Shown here: positions 1 through 11,068 of the stretch, piece by piece
How positions within the stretch are numbered: the stretch's first letter is position 1
How the letters are laid out: every line of letters begins with the position of its first letter
Assembly: GCA_043228905.1 (NCBI GenBank)
Contig: JBHGNT010000014.1
Location: 8,184,001 to 8,248,000 of the forward strand
DNA from: Azolla caroliniana
Taxonomy: Eukaryota > Plantae > Polypodiophyta
Direction: 5' to 3'
Length of the DNA stretch: 64,000 nucleotides
Position numbers and translations under genes: made by a program
The notes under the pieces: generated by a model
The model's database searches: none
What the model was told of the DNA's origin: nothing
The model's input: the letters and a program-made list of their open reading frames with translations, nothing else

Positions 1-892
1 CTAGGGATTCCTGCGCTTGTCGCAGTTCCCGGATTGCCGCTTGGTCTGGTTCATCCGGCGTCGTAATGTACGGTTCTACTGCCGACGTGATATCTACCTC
101 AAATAGTGGGACGATTCGTGGGTGTTCCTTGAGGTACCGCTCGACTTCCTCGTTCGGTAATCCCTCCAACATGTTGATGCTTTCCGCATACAATGGAGTT
201 GCTTCCTTACTGGCGATCACCCGTGGTTGCGTCGTTACTCGTACCTTTGTTTTCCCTCGCCGGAACGTGATCATGTTCTTTTGCCAGTTCTGCTTGATAT
301 GCGCCGTTCGCAGCCATGGTCGTCCTAGCAGTAGGGGGTACGCGCCTTGTACATTCAGCTGCAGCACCACGGCCGATATCCGGAATACGTGGCCTCCGAT
401 CGTTACTTCCAAATCCCGGATAAGCCCGGTCAGTCGGACTGAGCTGGTATCCGCCATGCGTAACCAGAAGGGGCATGGTTCCCATTCCTGGATGCCTAGG
501 TTATCGCATGTCTGTCGGCTGATGACATTTACCCCGGAGCCTCCGTCAATAATCGTTCCAGCAATTTCCTTTCCTTTCACGATTGCCGTGATCGCCGGGC
601 TACTTGTATCCACCACCGCTGGTCCTTCCTTCGGATTGGAGAAGAATGCCGGTGTTGGCGTCGGCTTCGGTTTGCTCACAGATGCCTGTAAGTCTGTCGT
701 AAACCGTGGCACCAACTGTAGTAGCCGTGCTAATGGCAGCACGATTTGATAGTCCTGTAGCGCTTGCCACGTCGGGTTTTCTCCTAGCTGTATGATTTCT
801 TCGTCTTTTGGCATATTTTGGTCTCTTACTTCTGCCGCATTCTGTTCATTGGCCTCCTTGATCCATTGCGCCGCTTTTTTTCTGATTGCCTC
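1..892 (-). pseudogene. Retroviral-type aspartic protease region of Gy-A polyprotein
   Basis: The frame continues in phase past the TAG at 893 (probably CAG>TAG) and encodes ...KEIAGTIIDGGSGVNVIS.... Confidence 0.75.
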
Positions 893-2848
893 CTAGGCTT
901 CCCACTCGGCGGTCTTTCCCTTTGACCGGGTTGTGACCTGCTGTACTTCTATTATTTCGGCTGTAACCATGTTGACTGCCGGCTGCTTGTCATTGGTTTT
1001 GCTTGGGCATTGGTTACTATAATGGCCTTCCTTACGGCAGTAATAACAGTACACCTTGTGACTGTTGCTCGTTTCTCCTTTGTCCCCGGTTTGGAGGGTG
1101 GGTATGCTTCGGCGGTCGTCTTCGGTTTTTCGGTTATCCGGTACCGATACCGGGTTGTCATTCCTCGCTGCCTCCCGACGTTCCTCTCTTCGGAAAAATC
1201 CACGCTTCTGATTCCGTCGGAAATTTCGGTTCCCTTGTCGCCTCTCTTCTCTGCGTCGTTCGTATTCCGGGGATTCGTCTCGGTCGTACCGGTCCCGGGG
1301 GTAGCTATCTCTGCGTTTCTCCTCTCGGTCATAGTTATCGCATCTTCTATCAGCGTATCTGTTACCGCGTTCACGTTGGTAGCGGTCGTCTCTCCGGAAT
1401 CGATCCTCGTCCGGGTTCTGATTGTGCGGTTCTATGTGTCGAACCGGTGCTGCCTGCCGATTTAACAGGTTATAATTGCATCGGTCCGTTGTATGGGCTC
1501 GAGAGTTGCAGATCATACATTGTGTCCGTAGGGTGCAGTCTACTGTTGAGTGGCCCGAATTTAGGCATGGTGTGCATTGTAAGGCCTGTCGGAACCTCAG
1601 GTCTTCCTCCTTCGGGAGTGCCCGGTGTAACATCCCCATCGACAAGAGGGAGCTAGTCTTGTCCATTTCTAAAACCCGATCAATAACTTGGTCCATTGTG
1701 CTGGTGTGGAAATCAAGGACTCCGCACATTGTTCGAAGTGGCTCTTTCAGCGCGGCCAAAAAGACTGCTTTGGCTTCGTCTTCGGGTGGTGCTCTCGTCA
1801 GTTGGCTGTGCAAGGTCTGAAACTGAATGATGAATTGTGGCACAATCTCGTTCTCTTCCTGCCGGGTGGTGTAGAACTGCCCGAACAATTCCCTTTGCTC
1901 AACTTGTCTGTGAAAAAGCCTGAGGAATCTGGCCTTCAAGGCATCGAATGTGGCAAAGCTGCCCGGTAAGTGCTTTGCGTGCCATTGGGCTGCCGGTCCT
2001 TCTAAGGTTATGCCGAATTCGGCGACTTTGGATCGTTCGGCTTCGGGCTCCGTCAGTCTTTGGGAGACATGGTTGGCTTCCCATGTTTGGAGGAATGCGT
2101 ACACGTGTGCCTTCGCGTTGGGCTCATCCCGGTACTTTGGGTATGGGTACGGCATCGTGTCGTCCAACTGACTCTCCTGCTTTCGCCGCTCTCTGTCCGC
2201 TGTTGGCGTTGGTGTGAGAACCTTTGGTTCCTCCGCGGGTGTTGCCGGTGTCCGGTCCTTTGGTTCCTCCGCGGGTGTTGTCGGTATCCGCTCCTTCGGT
2301 TCCTTCGCGGGTGTTGTCGGTATCCGGTCAGCCTCCCTCGGCGATTGCCGGTCACCGAACTCCAAGGTTATTTCTTCCTCTGGCTCCGGTGTTACTGAGT
2401 CTTCCGACCCCTCTTCCCCCGGGTCGTTTGGTGTGTCGTGGCTGCTTTTATACCGGGACGCAACGCTTCCGTCGCTTTCCGACTCCGCCTCAAGTGTCGT
2501 GAATGCTTCCGAGTCCCCGTCGCCCCCGGCGAGCGTCTGTAGTATCGTTTCCGCCTCTTGCAGGCTTGTTATGCTACTGCCTTCGTCGGGGATTTGCAGA
2601 ACCCGGAACTGCAGTGCTTCTTCTGCGACTCTCCGAAGAGTTTTGGAGAATGACCGTTCCCGCCGGATCTCGTCGACGGCTTGCTGCAGGGCTTCCCGTC
2701 GTTGCTCGCGTTCGGTGTATCGTCTCCCTTGTTCGGTGATGTGGTCGTCGTTTGGTCTAAACATCCATCCCCCGGTTGTCCTCTGCACTTTGCAGGAATC
2801 GTGATCGCCAAAATAGTGTTGTCTGCCTGGCCGGACTAGCCTCAACAC
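893..2848 (-). CDS. Gypsy Gag (capsid-like region plus zinc knuckles); true start probably the ATG near 2764
   Basis: Retrotransposon gag-like core (LEGPAAQW...FDALKARFL...QEENE), knuckle CYYCRKEGHYSNQC, tandem CxxCxxxxHxxxxC motifs and an R/D-rich linker. The ORF's first codons lie in the LTR. Confidence 0.8.
   Translation of the reverse strand: MLRLVRPGRQHYFGDHDSCKVQRTTGGWMFRPNDDHITEQGRRYTEREQRREALQQAVDEIRRERSFSKTLRRVAEEALQFRVLQIPDEGSSITSLQEAETILQTLAGGDGDSEAFTTLEAESESDGSVASRYKSSHDTPNDPGEEGSEDSVTPEPEEEITLEFGDRQSPREADRIPTTPAKEPKERIPTTPAEEPKDRTPATPAEEPKVLTPTPTADRERRKQESQLDDTMPYPYPKYRDEPNAKAHVYAFLQTWEANHVSQRLTEPEAERSKVAEFGITLEGPAAQWHAKHLPGSFATFDALKARFLRLFHRQVEQRELFGQFYTTRQEENEIVPQFIIQFQTLHSQLTRAPPEDEAKAVFLAALKEPLRTMCGVLDFHTSTMDQVIDRVLEMDKTSSLLSMGMLHRALPKEEDLRFRQALQCTPCLNSGHSTVDCTLRTQCMICNSRAHTTDRCNYNLLNRQAAPVRHIEPHNQNPDEDRFRRDDRYQRERGNRYADRRCDNYDREEKRRDSYPRDRYDRDESPEYERRREERRQGNRNFRRNQKRGFFRREERREAARNDNPVSVPDNRKTEDDRRSIPTLQTGDKGETSNSHKVYCYYCRKEGHYSNQCPSKTNDKQPAVNMVTAEIIEVQQVTTRSKGKTAEWEA
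2221..2328. repeat. 36-bp coding tandem repeat (3 copies) in Gy-A gag
   Basis: Encodes DRIPTTPAKEPK / ERIPTTPAEEPK / DRTPATPAEEPK. Confidence 0.85.
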
Positions 2849-3206
2849 CGGTGTCTATCCGACACTTCTCCAAAGGGGTGGTAAGGATTGGATGTTAGGT
2901 TACACGCGTAAGATGATTACAATTAAGCACAGACGGTAAACAATACGAAGATACAGATAAACACGCAATAATTACTTTTGTATTACTTCTGTCAAACCCT
3001 TTAAAAATCATCGGATCCTTTTATAGGCATCCGACAAGGTTACAATCGGTGCGCTTAGGCAACCGACATCCGAATCGGTCTGGATCCGGATCGGTACAAC
3101 TGTACCGGATCCGTCCCTCCGAATAATAATTCTACTATTATTTACTTCCTATTATCCGATCCGACTCTGCCTTCCCACTTGTCCTTGCTCTTCTGACCGG
3201 CCAACA
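2817..3206 (-). repeat. 5' LTR of Gy-A (~390 bp)
   Basis: TGTTG...CAACA termini and an adjacent PBS-like site. The partner LTR is outside the window. Confidence 0.7.
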
Positions 3207-3569
3207 CGGCACATGGCTTTCGGATGAATGTGCGATTTGAAGCCGGGAGGTTGTACCATGTACACCTCCTCTTCTAATTAGCCTTGGAGGAAAGTGTTCT
3301 TGACGTCCATCTAGTGGAGGTGCCACCCTTTCGCCATTGCGAGTGCAATTACGGGCCGTACCATCACCATGTTTGCCACCGGGGCAAAGGTTTCTTCATA
3401 GTCGACTCCATGTGTTTGTGCGTATCCTTTCGCTACAAGTCGAACTTTGTAATGGTTTATAGAGCCATCAACATTATACTTCACCTTGTAGATCCATCTG
3501 CAGCGAATTGCCTTCTTCTGCGGTGAGTGGGGAACGAGATCCCATGTCTCGTTCTTGCGTAGTGCACGT
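3207..3569 (-). pseudogene. Copia Co-1 reverse transcriptase fragment (continuation of 12946-16209)
   Basis: ALRKNETWDLV...WIYKVKYNVDGSINHYKVRLVAKGYAQTHGVDYEETFAPV; joins ...WIEAMNEKM at 12946 across the Gy-B insertion. Confidence 0.9.
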
Positions 3570-5357
3570 TGTCGTGAAGTTTCACGCACGTGTGTTACTT
3601 GGGCGGGACCACAGGGGTCTTGGACTAGGGAGTACTCAAGGGATAGAGAAGACTGAGGTTTGCTTTACGACAATACTACTTCCCGACCCCTTCCCGAGCA
3701 AGGTCTCGTTGCCCTTTGTTTTATGAGGCCGGTGGCTCTCATTGATCACGACTCGTCGACCTTACGAGATCACCGCACGAACCAAGTGACCAAACGGGTA
3801 CAAGCAAGATGAGCACGCAACATGAACGCACAAGGGGACGATAACACAAACACAAATGTCCGCACGCCTTTATGCGGAGGAGAGGTGCATGGGCAAGCCC
3901 GAACGCTCCCTCGTCACGAGATGGCCGAACGTACAAGGAAGACACAAACACACGAACAAAATGCTCGTACGCCATTATGAGGAGGAGAGGTGCATGGGCA
4001 TTCTCGAAACGGTCCCTCGTCACAAGATGGACGAATGTACAAGGAAGACACAAACACACGCACAAAATGCTCGTACGTCTTTATGAGGAGGAGAGGTGCA
4101 TGGGCACGCCTGAAACGCTCCCTCATCACAAGACGACCGAACGTACAAGGAAGACACAAACACACACACAAATGCTCGTACGCTTTGATGAGGAGGAGAG
4201 GTGCATGGGCAAGCAGGAACGGTCCCCTCGTCACAAGACGGCCGAATGTACAAGGAAGACACAAACCCACACACAAATGTTCGTATGTCTTTATGAGGAG
4301 GAGAGGTGCATGGGCAAGCCCGAATGGTCCCCTCGTCACAAGACGACCGAACGTACAAGAAAGACACAAAGACACGCACAAAATGCTCGTACGCCTTGAT
4401 GAGGAGGAGAGGTGCATGGGCGAGCCCGAACAGTCCCCTCGTCACAAGACGGCCGAACGTACAAGGAAGACACGAATAAAGAAAGAAGGAGAGAAAGAAA
4501 CACGAATGATATCGACCAAAGAGATAAATACGTGTTCTATTCCAACGCAAGAGGACCCTTTATAAAATAGGGTTTTGTTTACAATGGCAACTTATTGTTA
4601 ACCACAAACTCAATCAAAACATAAATATTAAATGCCCTTAGAGACAAAAGCAAATCCGAACACGGCGAAGATGAACACACGAGCACCACCAAAATGCCAA
4701 TCCCAACAAACCACGACCTCCCGAACGGCGAGCACACGAACTCGCAACGACGAACGGGGCGGAGCAACATCGAACCAACAACGCTTGGGCTCACGAGCAC
4801 TTCGAGTACCGACACGAAGAAGACGAGCAAGTGGCGATGGGGGGGGTGACGGGGTATGAGATGAAGAGAAGTGGTGAACAAGAAGATGAAGAGCTTCTAA
4901 GGAAAATTGGCGATAGTCTCCTCCTCCCAAAATGTCCTCCCGAATGAGCCCCCCTCGACCTCCTTCTATAGGGGAAAATGAAGGGGGGGTCGCCAAATTT
5001 GTCTTCAATGAAAAAGGAATAAAATTCCTTAAATCACGTTGCACTGTAAGTCCAAATTCGAATTGTGCACCTCTAGCTAGTAGTCAATGTGATTATACAC
5101 TAGCCCACTAACTCTCTTTTATATAATATATAATTCTATCTCTATAAATTCATAGCCTGTCTCCCCTCTACCTTTTATCTCTCCTCTCTCTTACTTTTTG
5201 CACGAGCTTCTATACCTCCTTTTCACCCTTTCTTTTCCTTTTTTATTTTGCATATGCACAATTAATCGCTTTTGTGTGCACACACATTGCACATGCACAT
5301 TTTTGACCCCCCCCTTTCGTTGATTTTTCCCACTCTCGAGCATGCCACATCACGACA
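3570..5357 (-). repeat. 3' LTR of Gy-B
   Basis: TGTCGTG...CACGACA termini; highly similar to 11069-12945. Confidence 0.92.
3860..4475. repeat. ~105-bp tandem array (6 units) inside the Gy-B 3' LTR
   Basis: The core GAGGAGAGGTGCATGGGC recurs at about 3875, 3978, 4084, 4189, 4294 and 4400. Confidence 0.9.
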
Positions 5358-5374
5358 TCCACCCCCACCAAACC
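5358..5374 (-). promoter_or_regulatory. Polypurine tract of Gy-B
   Basis: Minus strand GGTTTGGTGGGGGTGGA abuts the 3' LTR. Confidence 0.7.
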
Positions 5375-5417
5375 GCACATCCTCCGGTATGTGCCAAGAA
5401 TGGCGGGCTGAGCGTGG

Positions 5418-6600
5418 TCAATAGTTCATTTGCTCCTCCTCATTGACCCGGCTTGTTGTTTGCTCGCCTTTATCTTCATCAAGGTAATCGAGGTTTGGCT
5501 CCTTGTCATGTCGCTTTTTGAAGATTTTGACCCGCTTCCCTACAATTGGTATTGCCAGCTTAGTCCCATCGAGTTCAACGAGGTGGTAGGTAGCATTATC
5601 GTTTGCACTTGTTACCACGTATGGTCCGAACCATCGCTTTGCGAATTTTCGCATCGAGCTATGTTGATTGTCAAGATTACTATCATATACAATTACCCAG
5701 TCTCCTTCTTCGATCTTCCGAGGGCGTAGTCGGTGTGTCTTGTTGAATCGGGCTTTGTTACTTAGCCTAGCCGCTTCTAACCTCTCCTTTGCCAACTCCA
5801 AGTCTTCGGGTCTTCTCTCGAGTTTCCTTATCCTTGTGGCTAGAAGTTCTTCTCGACTCATCTCGTTTTCCCACAACATTGCTACCCATGAAGCAATCGT
5901 GTTTTCAATGGGCATCACCGGTTTTTGTCCGTACATGAGTTCAGCTGGCATGAAACCTGTAACTGAGCTATGAGTTGTTCTATTGGCCCAGAAGGCGTAA
6001 GGTAGTAACCGAGGCCAATTCCTGACTCGCCCATCACAAGCTCGTACAATGGCTTTTACGATAGGCCCGTGTCCGCGTTCTATCTTTCCATTAGTCTTTG
6101 GGTTATAAGCGGTCGTGAGAGAGAGCTTCACTCCAAGTCGGTCAAAGAGCTCAGTAGCTTCGTGAGCATTAAGCTCTCCTCTGTCGGCCACTATCTTTCC
6201 CACACATCCGTATCGGCAGGTGACATCATTGAGTAAGAATTTACACACCCCCGCCGTCGTTTTGTTTGCTAAGGCTCGCCCTTCTACTTGGTTTGTTAGG
6301 TCTTCTCTTGCTAGCACCAAATATTTCATTTGGCCCACTCCCATCGGCATCGAAACCAAATCCACCATCCATTTGAAGTGTATGGTGAGTGGGTAGGTCG
6401 GGTGCAACTCGTTCCCTATGGTGTATGTTGGAGTGTATTTGGCAGCTTTCACACGTCCCCACGAAATGGGCGACATCCTTGTACATTACCGGCTACCAAT
6501 ACTTCTCCTTTAACTTCTCGAATCTTGCCCACGTTCCTCTATGGCCTGCCCAAGGACTCTCGTGGAATTCAGACACCAATGTTGTCTAGTCCTCTTCCTT
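5418..6600 (-). pseudogene. Gy-B integrase (frameshifted N-terminal HHCC region)
   Basis: CESCQ, WMVDLV...IVADRG...NGKIERGH (DDE) and KRWFGPY (GPY/F) motifs. Confidence 0.9.
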
Positions 6601-6609
6601 TATGACCAC

Positions 6610-7275
6610 TCATTGTGGCGTCCCCATCCTTCTCTTCGGGTGCTTCCAGAGGAATCCCCCTCGTAGGAAGTACTTGTGCTCTTTCTTTCGGATTCTCTGT
6701 GCTACCTCCTTCGACCATGAACTATCCACCGTTATTGAGCTTAAGAACTTGCCAATGTGTAGCCACTCCCCTTCGTATTCACTTTCGTTGAAGGCGTGGA
6801 GCACTCGCACATCTCGTTCATCTATAGATGCTTGGGCCGTCTTAATGAAGTCAAGAGCGACATCCTCATCTTCAGACACCATGTCGCTTTCGCCCTCGAA
6901 CCTTGCCCTTGATAGCATATCTGCCATGGCATTGTTCTTCCCTGAAATGTGGTGAATCTCCGGGTTCATTGATTTGATGTAAGCAATCCATCTTAGCATA
7001 GCTACGTCAGGTGTTGCACACCCCGAAACCATCCCTAGGATTGGAAGGCAATCCGTCTCTATTACCACCTCTGACCCGATTAGGTAATCTTTATCCGCCT
7101 TCACTGCGGACACAATACCCCAAAGCTCACGTTTTACTTGGGCGTATCCTCGTTGTCGCTCGCTTAAGACCTTGGCTCCGAACCGGATGGCATAGCGTGT
7201 ACCATCCTCTCCTTCTTGGTTGATGAACCATCCGATCCTTGTTGGACTCATATTTACCGTCATGTAGATGGGCAT
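6610..7275 (-). pseudogene. Gy-B RNase H domain
   Basis: YAQVKRELWGIV, VIETDCLP and HISGKNNAMADMLSR motifs. Confidence 0.88.
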
Positions 7276-7296
7276 CCCTTCCTTGTATACGACTTT

Positions 7297-8725
7297 TCAT
7301 AAAGCTGGTGCCGCTACCAACATTCCTTTGAGCCTCTTCATTGCCTCTGTGTGCTCTTCCTCCCACTTGAACTTCCACCCCTTCTTGAGTAGCTCATACA
7401 AGGGCTCGGCTAGGTGAGCATAGTGCGGGATCCAGATGTGGTAGAATGCACAGGCACCAAGAAATCGCCTCACCTCTCTTTGCGATTTACATTCTTCCCT
7501 CATGTCCGTGATGGCGTCCACCTTTGCCGGGGATGGCTTCTGTCCGTATGCCCCGCACAAGTGTCCCACCACAAGGATCTCCGGTTGGCCGAATGCCGAT
7601 TTCTCCCCCGAGAAGGTCAAGCGTGCATCTTCGAGTCTTTGTAGAACCTTCTTGCAATTGGAGATGTGATATGCCACAAAACGTCTGCACCCATCCTCGT
7701 CCAAGGTTTCATCTTTCTCCGCTTCAGAGCACCCTTTCATGGGGATGTCATTGAGGAACGGCATGGTGATGTCGGGGATGCAATCTCTCAATACCTTGTT
7801 CATTGCATTTACCATGTGGGCTACAGAGTTAGTGCCTCCTTCTAGCAAGGTACACATTCGCACTAGGCCGATAGGGGTCCGCATCGTCGTGATGTCCCTA
7901 CTCTCCACAGCTAGTTGGAATTGATCATACCCTGCCTGAGTATAGATCACTGATCAAATAAATAGACCTTCCAGCGAAGGCCTCGGCGAATTCGTCAACG
8001 CTCGGTCCGACCCCAACATTTCGAATTGTCACTTGATTAACAGGTTGTAGGTCCTAGATGAAGCGTAATGTGCCGTTCTTCTTTGGCACAATGAACTACC
8101 GATTTGAGTATGGGGCGCTTGATGGCTCGAGGATACCCATCTCAATCTTTTCCTTGAGTAGCTCAATCAACTTCGGGATGTGAGCTCTCGGAACAGGGAT
8201 TGGCTTGATGTTCCACGGTACATGCGGCATCGTAAAGGTCACCATTGGCTCCACGATCTTAGGGTTTACACACCCTATCTCACCCGACAAGAAGGCAAAA
8301 GCCCTTCCGTGGCTTTCGATCATCCTTCTAAATCTTTCCTCCTCCCTAGGCAATAGGAAGCCACCCCCACCAATCCGGAGCTTCTGTCGCGTCTCGTTGG
8401 TGAACCGGTGCCCTATGCCTCGTGGGTCCCACAAGCTAGGATCAGCCGCTACCCCCTTTATCCGATCCCAACTATCGTTAGGCAATGGGGCAGCCACATG
8501 CTTCACCTTCTTGTCCATGGTCTTGTACTTTGTTTGAACCTTGACTGTCCTCGCTTCCTCAATCAACCGCCCAAGCTCTTCAATGGCGGTGTACATGTCA
8601 ACTGAGTTGACTGAAATTACCTTGTCTTCATTGAGGCCCGAAACGACTACCCTCTCCATCTCTCTGAGAGTGTCATCGAACGAGACCGCCTCCATGGCGC
8701 CGGTTATGGTGTCATCTTCCTCCAA
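7297..8725 (-). pseudogene. Gy-B reverse transcriptase (stops/frameshift)
   Basis: ILEPSSAPYSNR, GYDQF, EGGTNSVA, PFLNDI (degenerate F-x-DD) and VRRFLGAC motifs. Confidence 0.88.
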
Positions 8726-8862
8726 TAAATTACATTGTTTGAGATACCTTTCGTATCTCTTGGCCCTAGACTTATCTCTATCACTTAAACTAGTAATTTT
8801 ACAAGCTCCATTTTCGGAGAACCAAAATTGTTTCCTATTACATTTAATAGTTTTAAAAGGGT

Positions 8863-9429
8863 TTAGGGTCTTAGTTTGCCTCGAGCTATTGCGGCCCCAC
8901 TCTTTAATAGCCCGAATAAAAAATCCTCTCGACTATCCCCTTTGAGGGAGGCTCGATTGCGCTCATGGTTGGGCCTCACTGTAAGGAATTGGACCGAATG
9001 CTTCCCATCTTGGCTCTTGACCCTCGCATATCCCGACCCGTTGTCTAACACCTTCGTCTCCATCCGAGCTGCCGTGATGTATGGTTCACCCAAGATGACC
9101 GGGTGTGAGGACGTCTCTTGAACAAAGAAATGTTGATCTATTTCTACGTCCCCCACCTTCACACGTACATTCAGGCAAGCCCCGTATAGCTCCTCGGTTG
9201 CTCGGGTCGCCGCTCTAATCTTCCACCTGTGCTTCGTGTTGATCGGCCACTTTCCCTTTTTATAGAAGTCCATGGACATAAGGTTGATCTCAGAGCCATG
9301 GTCGATCAATGCTACAACCGGCTCTTTTACATTGTTGTTGCTCCGTTGTTGCTCTCGCCCAATGTGGCCTTGTGTAGTAACTGTCCGCATAGTCTTCGTC
9401 TTCCTAGGGAACCTCAGTTGACAATGCAT
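8863..9429 (-). pseudogene. Gy-B aspartic protease
   Basis: ALIDHGSEINLMS and VILGEPY motifs. Confidence 0.85.
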
Positions 9430-9499
9430 TTACAATTGCGCGCTTTGCCACTTCTTGCTCCGTCAAGAACCGCTTTCTCTTCATTAGGTCGATGATGAC

Positions 9500-11023
9500 C
9501 TCGTGGAATTCTTTCTTGGCAATTCCGAGGACCTCTCACAGAGTAAACTCTACGCGAATATCGAGGATCCTCTCCTCCACGACCTTCTTCAAGTCCGTTG
9601 CTTGTTCGATCTCCGAGCAAAGCTTGAAGTTGGGGGGGTTCCCCTTCTCTTTCCATCTTTCGTCGCGTGCTTGAGACAGGTTCGGATCTTCCCTTCTTCG
9701 TGCACCTCGAGCATCGTATTTCCTTGATGGACCGGTTCCCTCGTCATTTCCTACCTTCTTCTCTTCTACCATTACTTCGTAGTTTTGGCAAACGGCTTCC
9801 ACTAAGCTTGTCTTTTCTTCCACCGGATCCTTCCATGTGGTTGCTTCTTGGACCCTTCTTTCCACTTCGTCCGCTTCTTCTCTTTTGAACTTCCCCTTAG
9901 AGAGGCTTCCAAGGATTGACGGCCAAAAGTCAAACTCTTTCTCCTCTTGCCTCCTCACCTCTTTCCCCACTCAGATCCCAAACGACGCCGAGTAGTGGAC
10001 GGTTTCAACATGTTGTGCTTCGGCCTCCTCCATTAGCCTTCTCATGCCCCCTCGGCCTTGATTCAATCCCAAGGGGCGCCTTGTCTCCGTCGAGTAGACC
10101 CTATTGTTCCAAAGATAGACAATATCCTTTCTTAGGGCCTCTTGAAAGTCTCCACACTCCCTTCGTAGGTGGTCGGGGTTGTCGCACCACAGACATATTT
10201 GCGCGAACGGGGGACGTCGATCTTGAGGGCCGTCACTCTCTCTCCTAGCTTCCGTTATTTGGAGATCTCGCACCATCTTTGTGAGCTTGTCTATTGCCGA
10301 CCCTCCCGACGGTGCTTCAACCACATTTCTCTCGGGGACGAACCTTGCATTTGCTTGCTCTCTTTCTTGAGGTATTCTACCACCCCTTGGTTTGTGTGTC
10401 TCACTAATGGAGCCTATGGATGTTTGGCCGCTCAATGGAGACCCGTCATTCCATTCCCTTCTCTTATCGAACTCGCTGCAAACCCGTTTTACCATAGCCC
10501 AATCCGTTGTGATCCCATCATCAGTTTCGAGGAGGGACCCCACCTTCTCTTGATCTCGTGCATCAACAGTCTTTATGAATAGTAGGACCTTGCTTGTGTC
10601 AAGCACCATTCTATCGAGTGTCAAGAGTCGCGCGAAGCGCTTATCAAATTCTTGTAGCTCAACCCACTCCATTAGATCCCTTTTCGAAATTCTGAGTGAG
10701 TCATCAAGGCCGTACTTCTCGAGGAGTCTTTCTTCGAACTCCACCCAATTGCAACAATCCGCTTGGATCTTGAGTACGTCTACGTGGATACTTGGCGTTA
10801 CCACTCTAGCAAATCCGGTTAGCCGCCTATGTTTGGGGACGTTTCACATAAGCATTTCGGCCTTATAGGCATCCAAGTAGCTCATGATATCTCTTCCATT
10901 AAACCGACCCGTTGTGCTAACCACCATCTCTATGGCCCGGTCTAGGCCGGTGATGCCTTCTTGGGCATTTACCAAGCGGTCCACCGCCGCCGCCATCGCT
11001 TCAGCAAGTTCTCCTCCTCACAT
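9500..11023 (-). pseudogene. Gy-B gag (fragmented)
   Basis: Knuckle CLWCDNPDHLRREC in ORF 9971-10804; lies directly downstream of the PBS. Confidence 0.8.
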
Positions 11024-11045
11024 ATTGGTTCTCCCTTGCCACCCT

Positions 11046-11063
11046 TTCACGTTGGGTTCACCA
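11046..11063 (-). promoter_or_regulatory. Primer-binding site complementary to the tRNA-Trp 3' end
   Basis: The plus strand reads TTCACGTTGGGTTCACCA, matching the recalled plant tRNA-Trp 3' end TTCACGTCGGGTTCACCA at 17/18; it lies 5 nt from the LTR. Confidence 0.75.
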
Positions 11064-11068
11064 ATTTA

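Larger units (their letters stand above)
1..3206 (-). mobile_element. Ty3/gypsy LTR retrotransposon Gy-A, 5' portion (5' LTR, gag, protease); continues off the left edge
   Basis: LTR 2817-3206 bounded by TGTTG...CAACA. On the minus strand it is followed by a TGGCGATCACG PBS-like site, a gag ORF with CCHC knuckles and a protease motif IIDGGSGVNVIS. It interrupts a copia RT at 3207. Confidence 0.8.

Noticed and set aside
66-2804. Long plus-strand ORFs (66-749, 1003-1656, 2214-2804)
   Set aside because: They are antisense shadows of the GC-rich gag-protease frame, with no recognisable motifs.
3565-3569. Target-site duplication for Gy-B
   Set aside because: The left flank CACGT does not match the right flank ATGCA. 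Host continuity supports the insertion, but no TSD is claimed.
3860-4475. Regularly spaced GAGGAGAGGTGCATGGGC motif resembling a CRISPR array
   Set aside because: The intervening sequences are near-identical rather than unique spacers, there are no cas genes, and the array sits inside a eukaryotic LTR.
3739-4565. Several 100-215 aa ORFs on both strands in the Gy-B LTR arrays (also 11355-12162)
   Set aside because: They are by-products of a ~105-bp repeat, and frames shift between units and between the two LTRs.
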